From Octopus sinensis (lineage: Eukaryota), in contig NC_043000.1 of assembly GCF_006345805.1 (NCBI RefSeq), positions 16,182,001 to 16,246,000 of the forward strand: a DNA stretch of 64,000 nt, in the 5' to 3' direction. This document shows, one piece after another, positions 1 through 11,477 of the stretch (its first letter is position 1; each line of letters starts with the position of its first letter). Position numbers and translations under genes: made by a program. The notes under the pieces are model-generated. The model made no database searches, was not told the DNA's origin, and saw only the letters and a program-made list of their open reading frames with translations.

Positions 1-356
1 TTTTAGATATATCGATCTGACAGAAGGCAAATCTAATATGACAGTATAGTCAACTCTTTTTACTTTCTTCAGTAGATCTGCAATAAAATAGTAGAAGAAT
101 GCCAGAATTGGTGGGACTAATATAAGAGATACAATCATATAGGGATAAGAAATCCTGTTAGGGGTCATGTAACAAGTGTCTTCTGTACATTCACTGATGG
201 AAGTGATGTTGGCATGTGAATAAATAATCAAGTGGCTCTGGAATGCTTTGACTATGAATGCAACGGTGAGTCCAGAAAAAGCTGAAGCTACAGGCAAGCT
301 CAACATTTGCCAATTATGGTTTGATGGAAATAGGCACAGGCATAATGCATAGCAAT
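1..356 (-). CDS. MFSD4-like MFS transporter, coding exon 3 (runs off window edge)
   Basis: Acceptor ttttcatctttcag|AT at 356; phase fits the T| ending exon 2. Open frame to the window edge: YCYALCLCLFPSNHNWQMLSLPVASAFSGLTVAFIVKAF...NRISYPYMIVSLILVPPILAFFYYFIADLLKK..., with hydrophobic TM-like segments. Absent from the ORF track because it has no stop in the window. Confidence 0.8.
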
Positions 357-477
357 CTGAAAGATGAAAAAAAGGGTAAAAACAGACTTTTACATTAAAG
401 AATAAAGGGTACAGGGATTTTGTAGAAATAGTACAGTACTAAGTTTCAGAGTCTACGCAGCATATACAATTAGCATC

Positions 478-662
478 GACGCCGGTGGCACATAAAAAGC
501 ACTCACTACACTCATGGAGTGGTTGGTGTTAGGAAGGGCATCTAGCTGTAGAAACACTGCCAGATCAGACTGGAGCCTGGTGCAGCCTCCTGGCTTCCCA
601 GACCCTGGTCAAACCGTCCAACCCATGCTAGCATGGAAAACGGACGTTAAACAATGATGATG
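478..662 (+). mobile_element. RTE LINE 3' UTR fragment (family A)
   Basis: GGAAGGGCATC...CCATGCTAGCATGGAAAACGGACGTTAAAC-(ATG)n; same sequence as the 3' UTR of the RTE at 12757-13708. Confidence 0.8.
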
Positions 663-1017
663 AGGAGGAGAATTTGATTGTATCTCCGAATAATATGCTG
701 ATGCTTTAAATTGTTTCTTGCCTCCAATTCAATGGCATCTCTGTTACTGCTCACCATCTTGTGAGGATAATGTACATCACAGCCTCTTCTTTTTTTTTTG
801 TTTTTGGTTCTGAGTTCACTCCATGCTGGAGTCAACTTCTCTTTCCATTCTTCTACTTATCTGTCTCAAATGTATTGGGACTGAAACACTTTCCTCCACC
901 GTAGCATAAAACTGGCAGAGCACCAACCAGTTAACTGCAAAGAGTGTGTGGTGTTATGTGACACAAAGAGGTGAGGTGCATTCTCTTCACTAGATGATGA
1001 GCAGCTACGGAGATGTC

Positions 1018-1343
1018 ATAATAATAAATAATTAAATTATTGTATACAGTGCTCAGGTGCACCACAACTTGTCAGAAAGTGCATATAAAGTACATGCAGT
1101 AATATAGAAATGTCTGGAAAGCGAACAATGTATGAGTCAGATACATGCTTGTGTGTGTATGGAGGGGAGAAAATCAAGTGTAGTGTTGGCAAATCTCAGG
1201 AAGCATGGAAGTTTTGAAGGATGCAGTGCTCCGACAACTAACAACTGATGCCAGCAGTTTGTTCCATGCTTCAGCAACTCTCAGCGTGAAAAAATGTTTC
1301 CTGAAGTCATGGGAGCTGTGTTGTTTTCTGACTTTGTAAATAT
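1018..1343 (-). mobile_element. CR1-like LINE 3' end (copy 1)
   Basis: Encodes KVRKQHSSHDFRKHFFTLRVAEAWNKL..., followed by 3' UTR and an (ATT)n-type tail. Confidence 0.85.
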
Positions 1344-2367
1344 AGACTGGTAAAGTCTGGATTTGGAGGTGAGAAACTTTATAAAATATCAGAGTATTAT
1401 TTACAGATGCAATTAAATGTAGATGCTAATTGTATGTGCTGTGTAGACACGTTTCAGAACCAAGTTGATGTATAGGATGTAACCAGAACAGATGATGTGC
1501 TTTAGAGATAGAAAATATGAAGATGTATTTTTTATATTTTGGCATCAAGTTTGGCTCGAAGTTCAAAGACGTTTGGGTAGAAAAGGGAGATTTGTCCAGT
1601 TGTTTTGATATTTGATTGCATTCTTCATATTCTTTTAGAGTATTTTTCTTGAGGGAAGAAAATAGCCAAACAACTGAACTACACAAATACTTCAGAAATG
1701 ACAAAAAAGAAAAAAGTATTCCTGCTTTGCTTTTCCCTGCAACACCCTGCAGCACTTATATAGTACAACCTGCTCTTTATTAGTCAAAGCATAGTATTTT
1801 TCTGCTTTAAAGTTCAAAGTTGCTTTATCGTGTTCTACTTCGTTTTATACTATCATTGGCTGCTCATTGAGCACATAGTAAGGTGCCTAAGTAACTGGAA
1901 ATATCTATCATAACCACTGAACATCTGATGAATCTATTTTAGCTTTTCTAAATTTTCTCATTGTTAGTTATTCACTGTTTACTAGACTGCTGGTCACATT
2001 GTCATAAGTTCAAACTTTTCTACAACCATTGTAACCATGAAGAACTCAGCTTGTACTATCCCTGCTTTGTTGCTAAAAAGACTGGTTCTACTCTTATTTA
2101 CATTTAAATGGTTAGCTGTAGGAACAATCTTGAGGAAGTAACTCAAGAAATAGAAGCCAACTCTGTTTCAAATCACATCCTAAGTAAAGAGAACATATTG
2201 GATAATATATTTTTAATATACACAGGAAAATGGTTGGTCTTGATGAGAATACATTCGATCATAGGCTTACTCGCTCAGAGACGACCTGGGGTTGAATAAT
2301 AACATTATCTGGTTTATCCAAATTTATCCCAATTATATTAGTGTCAAAAGCGGTAAGAGGTACTTAC

Positions 2368-2653
2368 AAGCATCAACCAATCCTTTTGAGAGGCCTTGTA
2401 AAAAAAATAGAATCAAAGTATTTGTGAGATTTCCAGCCAAAGGAATGAAAAAAGTAGATATGGCCCCTAATAACAGACTGACGGTTATAAATAGATAGAG
2501 GCTTTTAGATTTTAAACATGTACTGCTAATAAGGATTCCAAAGAAATTTCCTGCAGATGTGGTGGGCAAAATAACGTTTATTTCATTAATATGTTGGTCA
2601 ATATTCTCTGCAAGGTCTGGTAGACTTGGACCGATAATACCATTGTTGAAACC
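2368..2653 (-). CDS. MFSD4-like MFS transporter, coding exon 2
   Basis: Acceptor gattttcag|GGT and donor GCT T|gtaagt; 286 nt. GFNNGIIGPSLPDLAENIDQHINEINVILPTTSAGNFFGILIS...FFIPLAGNLTNTLILFFLQGLSKGLVDA matches the GPxLPDL...G..D pattern of MFSD4/NaGLT1-family N-terminal helices. Confidence 0.85.
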
Positions 2654-2825
2654 CTGAAAATCATTATAAATTGATAAATATGAATATATTTAAATAGATA
2701 AATTACTTCATACACATACAACAGAGATAAAAAAAGAGAAGTAAATGGAAGCAACAAGCTAAAGGTAAGTTAAGATATGTAATGAAATAATTTAAAATAA
2801 AATAAAGTATGGGAGACATAGAAAC

Positions 2826-3260
2826 TCCGACGTTTGGCAGCTGACTTGGCAGACACCCATAAAATTATTAACCATCGTACAAACAATAACTCTGAGCACC
2901 TCTTCAAACTCCACCCGTCTAACACCCGTGGACGTATTTACAAGGTAAGAAAACAGCACAGCTCCCATGACTTTTGGAAACATGTTTTCACACTAAGAGT
3001 TGCTGGAAGTATGGAACAAACTGCCGGCATCAGTTGTTAGTTGTTGGAGCACTGCATCCTTCAAAACTTCCATGCTTCTTGAGATTCGCCAACACTACAC
3101 TTGATTTTCTCCCTTCCATACACACACAAGGATGTATCTGACTCATACATTGTTCGCTTTCCAGACATTTTTACATTACTGCATGTACTTTATATGCACT
3201 TTCTGACAAGTTGTGGTGCACCTGAGCACTGTATACAATAATTTCATTATTATTATTATT
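2826..3260 (+). mobile_element. CR1-like LINE 3' end (copy 2)
   Basis: TRGR..KVRKQHSSHDF ORF2 C-terminus, 3' UTR and (ATT)n tail; inverted relative to copies 1, 3 and 4. Confidence 0.85.
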
Positions 3261-3420
3261 AGATCTAGAAGTAAGCCAAAGGAGCTACAATTTTAGAGTT
3301 AACTAGTAGTATTTAGATTACATGCTATTAGTTTAATTACCAGTATAGATATAAGGAGGATCAGTGATACATTTATGGACATAATTTATATGAAAGACTT
3401 ATTATAGCTAATTAGTTGAT

Positions 3421-3849
3421 ATAATAAAAATGAAATTATTGTATACAGTGCTCAGGTGCACCACAACTTGTCAAAAGTGCATATAAAGTATATGCAGTAA
3501 TGTACAAATGTCTGGAAAGCAAACAATGTATGAGTCAGATACATGCTTGTGTGTGTATGGAGGGGAGAAAATCAGGTGTAGTGTTGGCAAATCTCAGGAA
3601 GCATGGAAGTTTTGAAGGATGCAGTGCTCCAACAACTAACAACTGATGCCGGCAGTTTGTTCCATACTTCCAGCAACTCTTAGTGTGAAAACATGTTTCC
3701 AAAAGTCATGGGAGCTGTGCTGTTTTCTTACTTTGTAAATATGTCCACAGGTGTTAGATGGGTGGAGTTTGAAAAGGTGCTCAGAGTTATTGTTAGTAAA
3801 ATGGTTAATAATTTTATGGGTGTCTGCCAACTCAGCTGCCAAACGTCGG
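3421..3849 (-). mobile_element. CR1-like LINE 3' end (copy 3)
   Basis: Reverse complement of copy 2 with essentially the same 5' truncation point. Confidence 0.85.
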
Positions 3850-3865
3850 AACAATATACATCAGT

Positions 3866-3867
<2 letters not shown>

Positions 3868-3913
<46 letters not shown>

Positions 3914-4410
3914 TGTGTACAGTGCTCAGGTGCACTACAACTCATCTAAAGTGTATATATAATCAGGTGTAGTTTCGGCGGATTTTGGAAAGCATGAGGG
4001 CCTTAAAGGATGCAGTGTCATGGCAGTCAACAACTGACGCAGGCAGTTTATTCCATGCTTCAGCAACTCTGAGCGTGAAAAAATGTTTCCGAAAGTCATG
4101 GGAGCTGTGTTGTTTTCTGACTTTGTAGGCATGTCCACGTGTGTTAGACACATGGAGATCAAAAAGGTGTTCAGTGTTGTTGTTGGTGAGGTGGTTGATA
4201 ACTTTGTGGGTGTTTACCAAGTCCGTCGCCAGACGCCAGAGCTTCAGTGAATCCATGCCCAGGGAAACAAGGCGCTCAGAATATGGTAGGTGTCTGATGG
4301 AGGGTATGCGTTTGGTTGCACGTCTCTGGACAGATTCCAGGAGGTCAATGTTCTGAGCAAGATAGGGGTTCCAAACTGATGATGCGAATTCCAAGTGTGG
4401 TCGTACCATA
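3868..4410 (-). mobile_element. CR1-like LINE 3' end (copy 4, related subfamily)
   Basis: ORF 3963-4424: VRPHLEFASSVWNPY...LESVQRRATK...TRGH...FFTLRVAEAWNKLP, a typical CR1/L2-group ORF2 C-terminus; long (AAT)n tail. Confidence 0.9.
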
Positions 4411-4492
4411 TATATATTTATCATTATTCTCTAAATGTTGAAATGCTAAACTGCTAATTGAAATTAACTTGGACGGACATGCAATATATATG

Positions 4493-4880
4493 CATCATCA
4501 TCATCATCATCGTCGTCGTCGTCGTCGTTTAACGTCTGCTTTCTATACTAGCATGGGTTGGATGAATGACTGAGGGCTGGCGAACCAGATGGCTGCACCA
4601 GACTCCAATCTTGATCTGGCAGAGTTTCTACAGCTGGATGCCCTTCCTAACGCCAACACTCCGAGAGTGTAGTGGGTGCTTTTTACGTGCCACCAGCACG
4701 AGGCCAGTCATGGGGTACTGGTAACAACCACACTCGAATCTTTTACACATGTCACTGGCACAGGTGCCAGTAAGGCGATGCTGGTAATGATCATGCTCGA
4801 ATGGTGTCTTTTACGTGCCACCAGCACGGAGGCCAGATAGCTGCTCCGGCAATGATCACACTCGGATGGTTGCTCTTTAT
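4493..4880 (-). mobile_element. RTE LINE 3' UTR fragment (family A)
   Basis: (CAT)n tail, CTGGATGCCCTTCCTAACGCCAAC core and degenerate ~60-bp units. Confidence 0.8.
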
Positions 4881-5305
4881 GTCATCTTGTTAAGTAATGA
4901 GATTTCATTTACACTTAATCATTTCATAAGTTTTCAATAATGCAGAAACTGTTAAGGAGAATAGGTGACGTTGAAGAATAGTAACTATTGATATCAGATT
5001 GTAAAAAACTTTGGTATCTCTCTTAGTCTAAAGATCAATGAACCATTTGATAAAATTGGACGTACTGGATCTTAAACAAAGTGGAGATTTACTAACCAGG
5101 ATAGGAATAATTCTATCAATAATGTTTTTATTTATTCTACCTAAGCCTGATTTTGTAAGGGCACATCAAGCATTAGAGAGAAGTTAGATTTATGGTCCTT
5201 GAGATTAATTCTTGGGGGATTTAGATGAAGAGGATACAGTTCTATCAGTAAAATTAAGAGAATTTACAATACTTTGTCCAGGAACAAGGATTTACAAGGA
5301 TTTAC

Positions 5306-5489
5306 AACTCTATTCATAAGATAGTGATTATTTGAAAATGAAACAATAATATTATAAGCAAAACAGCTTATTAATCTTTACAAAGATTTCATTTCCTTCA
5401 AAATCAAATCTTTGTAAAGATTAATAAGCTGTTTTGCTTATAATATTATTGTTTCATTTTCAAATAATCACTATCTTATGAATAGAGTT
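5306..5489. repeat. Perfect inverted repeat: 84-bp arms, 16-nt loop
   Basis: 5306-5389 is the reverse complement of 5406-5489; no mismatch found by eye. Confidence 0.9.
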
Positions 5490-5834
5490 TAGTTGATGAT
5501 TGTTTTATGACAAAGATAAAATAATAAGATTTATTTACTTCAAGCATTCTTCTCATGACAGTATGTTTTGTCTGTTTTATGAGTGGAATTAAATCAAAAT
5601 AGGTTGCAAAGATGTTGGCTTTTACAGCAGGGATGTTGGTAAACAAGCAAAGTAAAAGGTTTCAAGCATTGGTATTAGCAGAGACACCCTGCCAATGCAT
5701 TTGTGGGGATATTATAGGAGAAATTGAATAAATATGTCATACTTTAAATTAAAGATGATTGTTGAGGATTTTAGTCAAAGCAAAAAGGGCAAATTTTAAA
5801 ATATGAAAAGCAACTATAAACAAATATAACTTAC

Positions 5835-5900
5835 ATTCAAGCAGAAAGCCCAGCATAGCCAAGCCAGTTGAATATATTTCCTACTTTCAGTTGATTCCAT
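5835..5900 (-). CDS. MFSD4-like MFS transporter, probable first coding exon
   Basis: ATG at 5900, MESTESRKYIQLAWLCWAFCLN, phase-0 donor AAT|gtaagt that joins exon 2 in frame. Resembles MFSD4 TM1 (LC..F..|G). An in-frame ATG 30 nt upstream and nearby acceptors leave the exact start uncertain. Confidence 0.7.
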
Positions 5901-6262
5901 TAGTAAATTTGAACTATACAGAGAACACATAAGAGAAGTAGGTGACTAAGCTGAAATTATAAAATATATTCAAATTCAGTGTTTAATAGGCCATTGAACG
6001 AGAAATAATATTCGTTATATTATTTTCATTGTAAACATATAGCAATTACTTTAAAATATCCATATGAATAACTGGATAATTATAATTCTAAACTGTGTTT
6101 AGAATAGTGGAATACTATGTAAATATTGATTAAATCTCACTCATTATTGTTATCATTTGTAAAGTTCTGAGTTTTCTTTTATTATGGAAAAAAGGGATAT
6201 GCATAACTGATCCTTCAATAAATTTTATTCAATGAAATAATTTCCATTATTAATGACATTTG

Positions 6263-6566
6263 ATGTTTATTCCTTCTTGAGCCACGCCTGGCTCATAAGG
6301 GCTGGTTTCCCGGTTTCCTTGGCATATGGGTTCCCCACCTGGACAGGACGCCAGTCCGCCGCAGGTGAGCTGCTAGATGCAGGAGGAAAGAGTGAGAGAA
6401 AGTTGTGGCGAAAGTGTCAGCAGAAGTTTGCCATTACCTTCTGCTGGAGCTGCATGGAGCTTAGGTGTTTCACTCATAAACACACACATCGCCCTGTCTG
6501 AGATTCGAAACCACGATCCCTCGACTGCAAGTCCGCTGCTCTATTCACTAGGCCATGCGCCTCCAC
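6263..6566 (-). mobile_element. tRNA-derived SINE (family D, sister of family C)
   Basis: Head GTGGAGGCGCATGGCCTAGTG...GGTTTCGAATC with A/B boxes; TSD attaatgacatttg / attagtgacatttg (6249-6262, 6567-6580). Confidence 0.85.
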
Positions 6567-6957
6567 ATTAGTGACATTTGCCCATCTATCAGGCAATTAA
6601 AATATTCCATCAGCATAAAATTTGACTGGGTTTGAAGGGAAAAAAGATATCAGATGCATTTTGACTCCATCTAAATTAAATGTTTTTCCTTGCAATGAGT
6701 TCTGTAGAGAGAAAAACAAGTGGTAGTTGGATGGGGCAACATCAGGGGAATATGGTGGATGATGTAAGAGATCCCAGCCAAGTTCATGTAACTTTGGGTA
6801 GCCAAAGATACATGTGTTTGGCCATTGTTTTCTTGGAACATTATCCCTTTCCTGTTGGCAATCTCTGGCCTCAATTCCTTGATTTTTTTGGTTCAAATTA
6901 AACAACTGATGACAGTACACAGCAGAATTAATGTTCTTGTTTTGTGGGAGAAGCTCA

Positions 6958-7470
6958 TCTATATATATAAAACTGTAGTTGTGTGAGTGTCTGTCCCCTT
7001 CGATTTAGATTCCTAACTACTCCCACATTTTGCGGTGCAGTTTAACCAAAACCGGGTATCTTATAGTTGTGATTCATATCGAGCCCGTCTGAGTATTAGC
7101 GCGCGTCTACAATGAGTCTATGATTTTAAAAATAATTTAGCATCATTTTTTATTCCATTTTAATGCATAATTTTTCGTGTGTCGATGGCGGCGGAGTTGG
7201 CGTCCATGGTCACACCTGCACCTGTTTGCTTCTCCCCCTTCTTCCCTCCCTCGTGAAGCTGTGGGGAAGGGAGTGTAAGGAAATCAACGTCGTAAAGCGT
7301 TGTCAAGGAGACCAGCGTTCTTTTAGAACAACGACTTCATGGCTTGAAGACACCAAAACAGAAATAGCTAAGAAAGCCCGAATTGGCATCTATAAGGGAA
7401 GTAACTCTCTAAAAATGCTTATATAGTTATTTCCCTTACAAACCCGAGCAACACCGGGCGATACTGCTAG
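6958..7470 (+). mobile_element. Non-autonomous Helitron-like element (copy 1)
   Basis: 5' TC, 3' CTAG, subterminal hairpin CCCGAGCAACACCGGG; inserted between A and T with no TSD. Confidence 0.85.
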
Positions 7471-8496
7471 TAATAAATAATGCCTTTATGATCTCACCGG
7501 ACACAAAGCATAGCATTTTTGGCATAGATATTCATCTTTGGTTGCTGTTTTGGGGGATCCTTACATAAACTCTAGGATCTTTTTCACATTACATTTTCAT
7601 ACAGATTCCACTTTTCCTCTCCAGTCACAAGTTACTTCAAAAAAGGCATGCTTTCAAAAGCATATCACAAATGGAATACTTGTCAACAAATTCTTTTCTG
7701 AGGGTTTGTGAGAGACCCATACATTATAGCAAGAAATGTATCGTAGCTTCGCTGGGTGTTTATGAGCCGTACTTTAAGAAACTTCCAACTCCTCTGCAAG
7801 TTCTCTAGTCGTGCTATTTGAGTTTTCTTTGATTTTTGATCCATCCAATTTTGAAGGTCTTCCACTACAACTGTCATCTTCCAAGTTAAACTCTCCAGCT
7901 TTAAGTTTTGCAAATCACCATTGAACAGTTGATTCACCTACAGCATCATCACCATAAACTTCATTTCATCTTTGGTGTTACAAGGAGTTTTGTTGGTTGC
8001 TTACTCATATAAAACTTAATAAAACATAGTGTGTAATTGCAAATATAAAAATATAATATATTATACAGTGAGTTTTATGAAAAGAAATTATAAACTGCCA
8101 AACCATTTATAACCTATAAAAGCTACATAAATGTATAAGAGGGTCTGTAAGTAGATAAAAAAATTTGATAATATAAAGTATAAAAATTTATAAAATATCT
8201 ATTACAGAATGATATAAAAGGCATAAAAGAGACATAAATAAAGATTGAGAATAAAATAAAATAAGGATTATTTTATAATGATATTGAGATATCAAAAAAG
8301 AATTCCTAAACATATTATTATTATCAATGCAATATACAATAAAATACATATATCAAAGATTTACGGGAAATAAAAGTACCTGCGGAAATGGGTTTATAAA
8401 ATATTTCTAAAATACATCAAAGACAATGATCCAGGTAAAATAGTAGCACATCTTAGAGGGTATATTTTATACTTAATGGAAGTGCAAAATTTAGTA

Positions 8497-9181
8497 CTGT
8501 AAAAACCCAAGTAATTTGTACAGGTGTAATTTATGCAGGTGGTTTTTCAGGATAAAAAATGTTAAAAAAAAAGCTTCTACTCATGTGAAATTCACACCCA
8601 AAAGTTTTCAGAATTGCCGATATGGCCAGGGGAAAGGGTTTTCAATTTAGTTGTATTTTGCTTAATTTCAATTACTTATGATTAGATTTTTCTTTCATTA
8701 AATAAAAATAATTTCTGTTTAACAGGTATCACGTTAAAAGCTATTAAATTACAAGGTGTTTGTGTTGTTTATAAAGGAAAAGTTGTTGAGAAGAATTATC
8801 AATGAAAACAAAGTTAATAAGTACACACAGGTGTTGCAAATTAAGTTTAATTACCAATTAACATCAGCTTGGACTTGAAAAAGTAGTTAACCATTTAATG
8901 GCTTTGATAAATTTATACAGAAAAAGTAAGCTTTATACCATCCAGCATAAATAAAAGTCAAATTCATTATATTTAAGCCCTTATTTTTTTTGTAACTTTA
9001 AATGAGTAAATTTCCTGTATAAATGTTTATGTTTAGTACGTCTTTTCTCAACAAAAAAAAAAAATTCCAAAAATATTCTGGAAACAGTCTACTCATGTAA
9101 TTTATGCTAATTTATGCTCCCCTAAAGATTATTTTTATTTTTGCAGGGAAAAAAATGCATAACTTACATGGGTTTTTACAG
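8497..9181. mobile_element. Tigger/pogo-like MITE
   Basis: TIRs ctgtaaaaacccaagtaa / ttacatgggtttttacag (17 of 18 match), flanked by TA on both sides. Confidence 0.75.
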
Positions 9182-9515
9182 TAAACTATTATAAAATTTA
9201 TGTTATACTATGAGGGAAGAGATTCCCAAACTGAAGGGGTAAATAGATAATGTAAATATTGAAAGCTTATAGATCAAAGGGGCTAAGGGTTACTAGAAGA
9301 ACAACAGAAACAATATAAATATTTTGAGTTCTATTATTGATGTGAATATGTCAAAGCAGTGGTGGCATCCATTATATTGAAAGTCTATGTGGTCATCTAA
9401 CGAGAAAGGTTTCTTTCAAATGATGTAATGTTTTCATTAATCAATTAAAGGAGTCGCTTGAAATGGCCATAATGAACTGACACCTGTACATCTTTGTTAC
9501 TCATTTATATATATA

Positions 9516-10028
9516 CTAGCAGTATCGCCCGACGTTGCTCGGGTTTGTAAGGGAAAAAACTATATAAGCATTTTTAGAGAGTTACTTCCCTTATAGATGC
9601 CAATTCGGGCTTTCTTAGCCATTTCTGTTTTGGTGTCTTCAAGCCATGAAGTCGTTGTTCTAAAAGAACGCTGGTCTCCTTGACAACGCTTTACGACGTT
9701 GATTTCCTTACACTCCCTTCCCCATAGCTTCACGAGGGAGGGAAGAAGGGGGAGAAGCAAACAGGTGCAGGTGTGACCATGGACGCCAACTCCGCCGCCA
9801 TCGACACACGAAAAATTATGCATTAAAATGGAATAAAAAATGATGTTAAATTATTTTTTAAATCGTAGACTCATCGTAGACGCGCACTAATACTCAGACG
9901 GGCTTGATATGAATCACGACTATAAGATATCCGAATTTGGTTAAACTGCACCGCAAAATGTGGGAGTAGTTAGGAATCTAAATCGAAGGGGACAGACACT
10001 CACACAACTACAGTTTTATATATATAGA
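9516..10028 (-). mobile_element. Non-autonomous Helitron-like element (copy 2)
   Basis: Near-identical reverse complement of 6958-7470; the same incidental 87-aa ORF appears in both. Confidence 0.85.
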
Positions 10029-10029
10029 T

Positions 10030-10551
10030 TGGACACTAAACTCTGCTTGTGAAAACCTGTTGAGGCAAGTGAAATCGAAATCAAATTTGATGACTGGCAT
10101 CTGTTCAAGTGGAGCGCTAAGAGCACCATCAGAGCATGATCGTTGCCAGAGCAGTTAACTGGCTTCCATGCCAGTGGCACATAAAAAGCCCCACTCGAGC
10201 ATGATCGTTACCAAGCGTCGCCTTACTGGCACTTGAGCCAGTGGCATGTGAAAAAAACATTTGAGCGAGGTCGTTGCCAGTGCTGCTGGACTGGCTCCTG
10301 TGCAGGTAGCACCTTAAAAACACCATTTGAGCATGGCTGTTGCCAGTACCACCTGACTGGCCATCATGCCAGTGGCACAGTAAAGCACCCACTATATTCT
10401 CGGAGTGGTTGGCATTAGGAAGGGCATCCAGCTGTAGAAACTCTGCCAGATCAAGATTGGAGCCTGGTGCAGCCGTCTGGTTCACTAGTCCTCAGTCAAA
10501 TCATCCAACCCATGCTAGCGAGGAAAGCAGACATTAAACGATGATGATGAT
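10030..10551 (+). mobile_element. RTE LINE 3' UTR fragment (family A)
   Basis: Repeated GCCAGTGGCAC units, AGGAAGGGCATCCAGC core, (GAT)n tail. Confidence 0.8.
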
Positions 10552-11284
10552 ATAAAGATGAGAATGTGTGTATGTCTGTCTCTGTGTGTGTGTGTGTGAA
10601 TCCCTAAAACTTGAGAACTACTCAACCAATTTCATTCAAATTTTACACTTGCCTTATTTAGTGTCCATGTAGTGGACACTAAATATGTGTCACTTCTTGC
10701 CTAGTGCGAGCCCAGAGCAATATCATATCTTCTCCACTATTTCAGTATTACACGTCAATAGTGAAACAATAACATCTCTCTCTTGTAATGTCAGATATTT
10801 TCACTTTAATAGTTTCACTTTAATACTGAAACTATTAAAGAGAAACTATTATCTCACATATATACAGGCATACATACATATATACATACATACATATATA
10901 TATTATGTGTATATATATATATATATATAGATGTATATGTATAGATGTATATGTATAGATGTATATATATAGATGTATATGTATACATGTATATATATCA
11001 TCATCATCATCATCATCGTTTAACGTCCGTTTTCCGCGCTAGCACGGGTATGTTATATGAACACATATATATGCACATATATATATGCATACTTATATAC
11101 ACCCATACGCACACATATACATAGGTGCAGGTGTGGCTGTGTGGTAAGAAACTTGGTTCCAAAACACATGGCACTGGGTTCAGTCCCACTGTGTAGTGAC
11201 TTGGCATGTGTCTTCTGCTATAGCCTCAGACCAACTAAAGCCTTGTGAGTGGATTTCGTAGACAGAAACTGAAAGAAATCAATC

Positions 11285-11319
<35 letters not shown>

Positions 11320-11477
11320 TATATATATATAATTAATATAGGATAAAAATTTTTCGGGAAAAAAATTTTATCGATGGCCAGCATATCAAAAAATGCCTTT
11401 AAAGGTAAAATTTATACATAATTTACAAGATAAGTGCTGAAGAAAAATTCTAATGCCAAATATGCCGAAACAAAAAA

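Larger units (their letters stand above)
6225..7980 (-). mobile_element. Degenerate mariner (D,D34D-type) transposase relic with two nested insertions
   Basis: LGWDLLHHPPYSPDVAPSNYHLFFSLQN, FYADGI and C-terminal NNGNYFIE* (stop at 6225). GIIYYELL is restored when the Helitron-like insert is removed. Confidence 0.85.

Noticed and set aside
2271-2308. Small exon candidates just downstream of transporter exon 2
   Set aside because: They give a stop or a non-MFS peptide with the wrong exit phase; exon 1-356 joins exon 2 directly in frame.
7163-7426. 87-aa ORF present twice (also 9560-9823)
   Set aside because: Incidental frame in two copies of a non-autonomous Helitron-like element; no recognisable domain.
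11436-11472. CTGAAGA...GAAAC hammerhead candidate
   Set aside because: No stem II pairing and no NUH/stem I arrangement.
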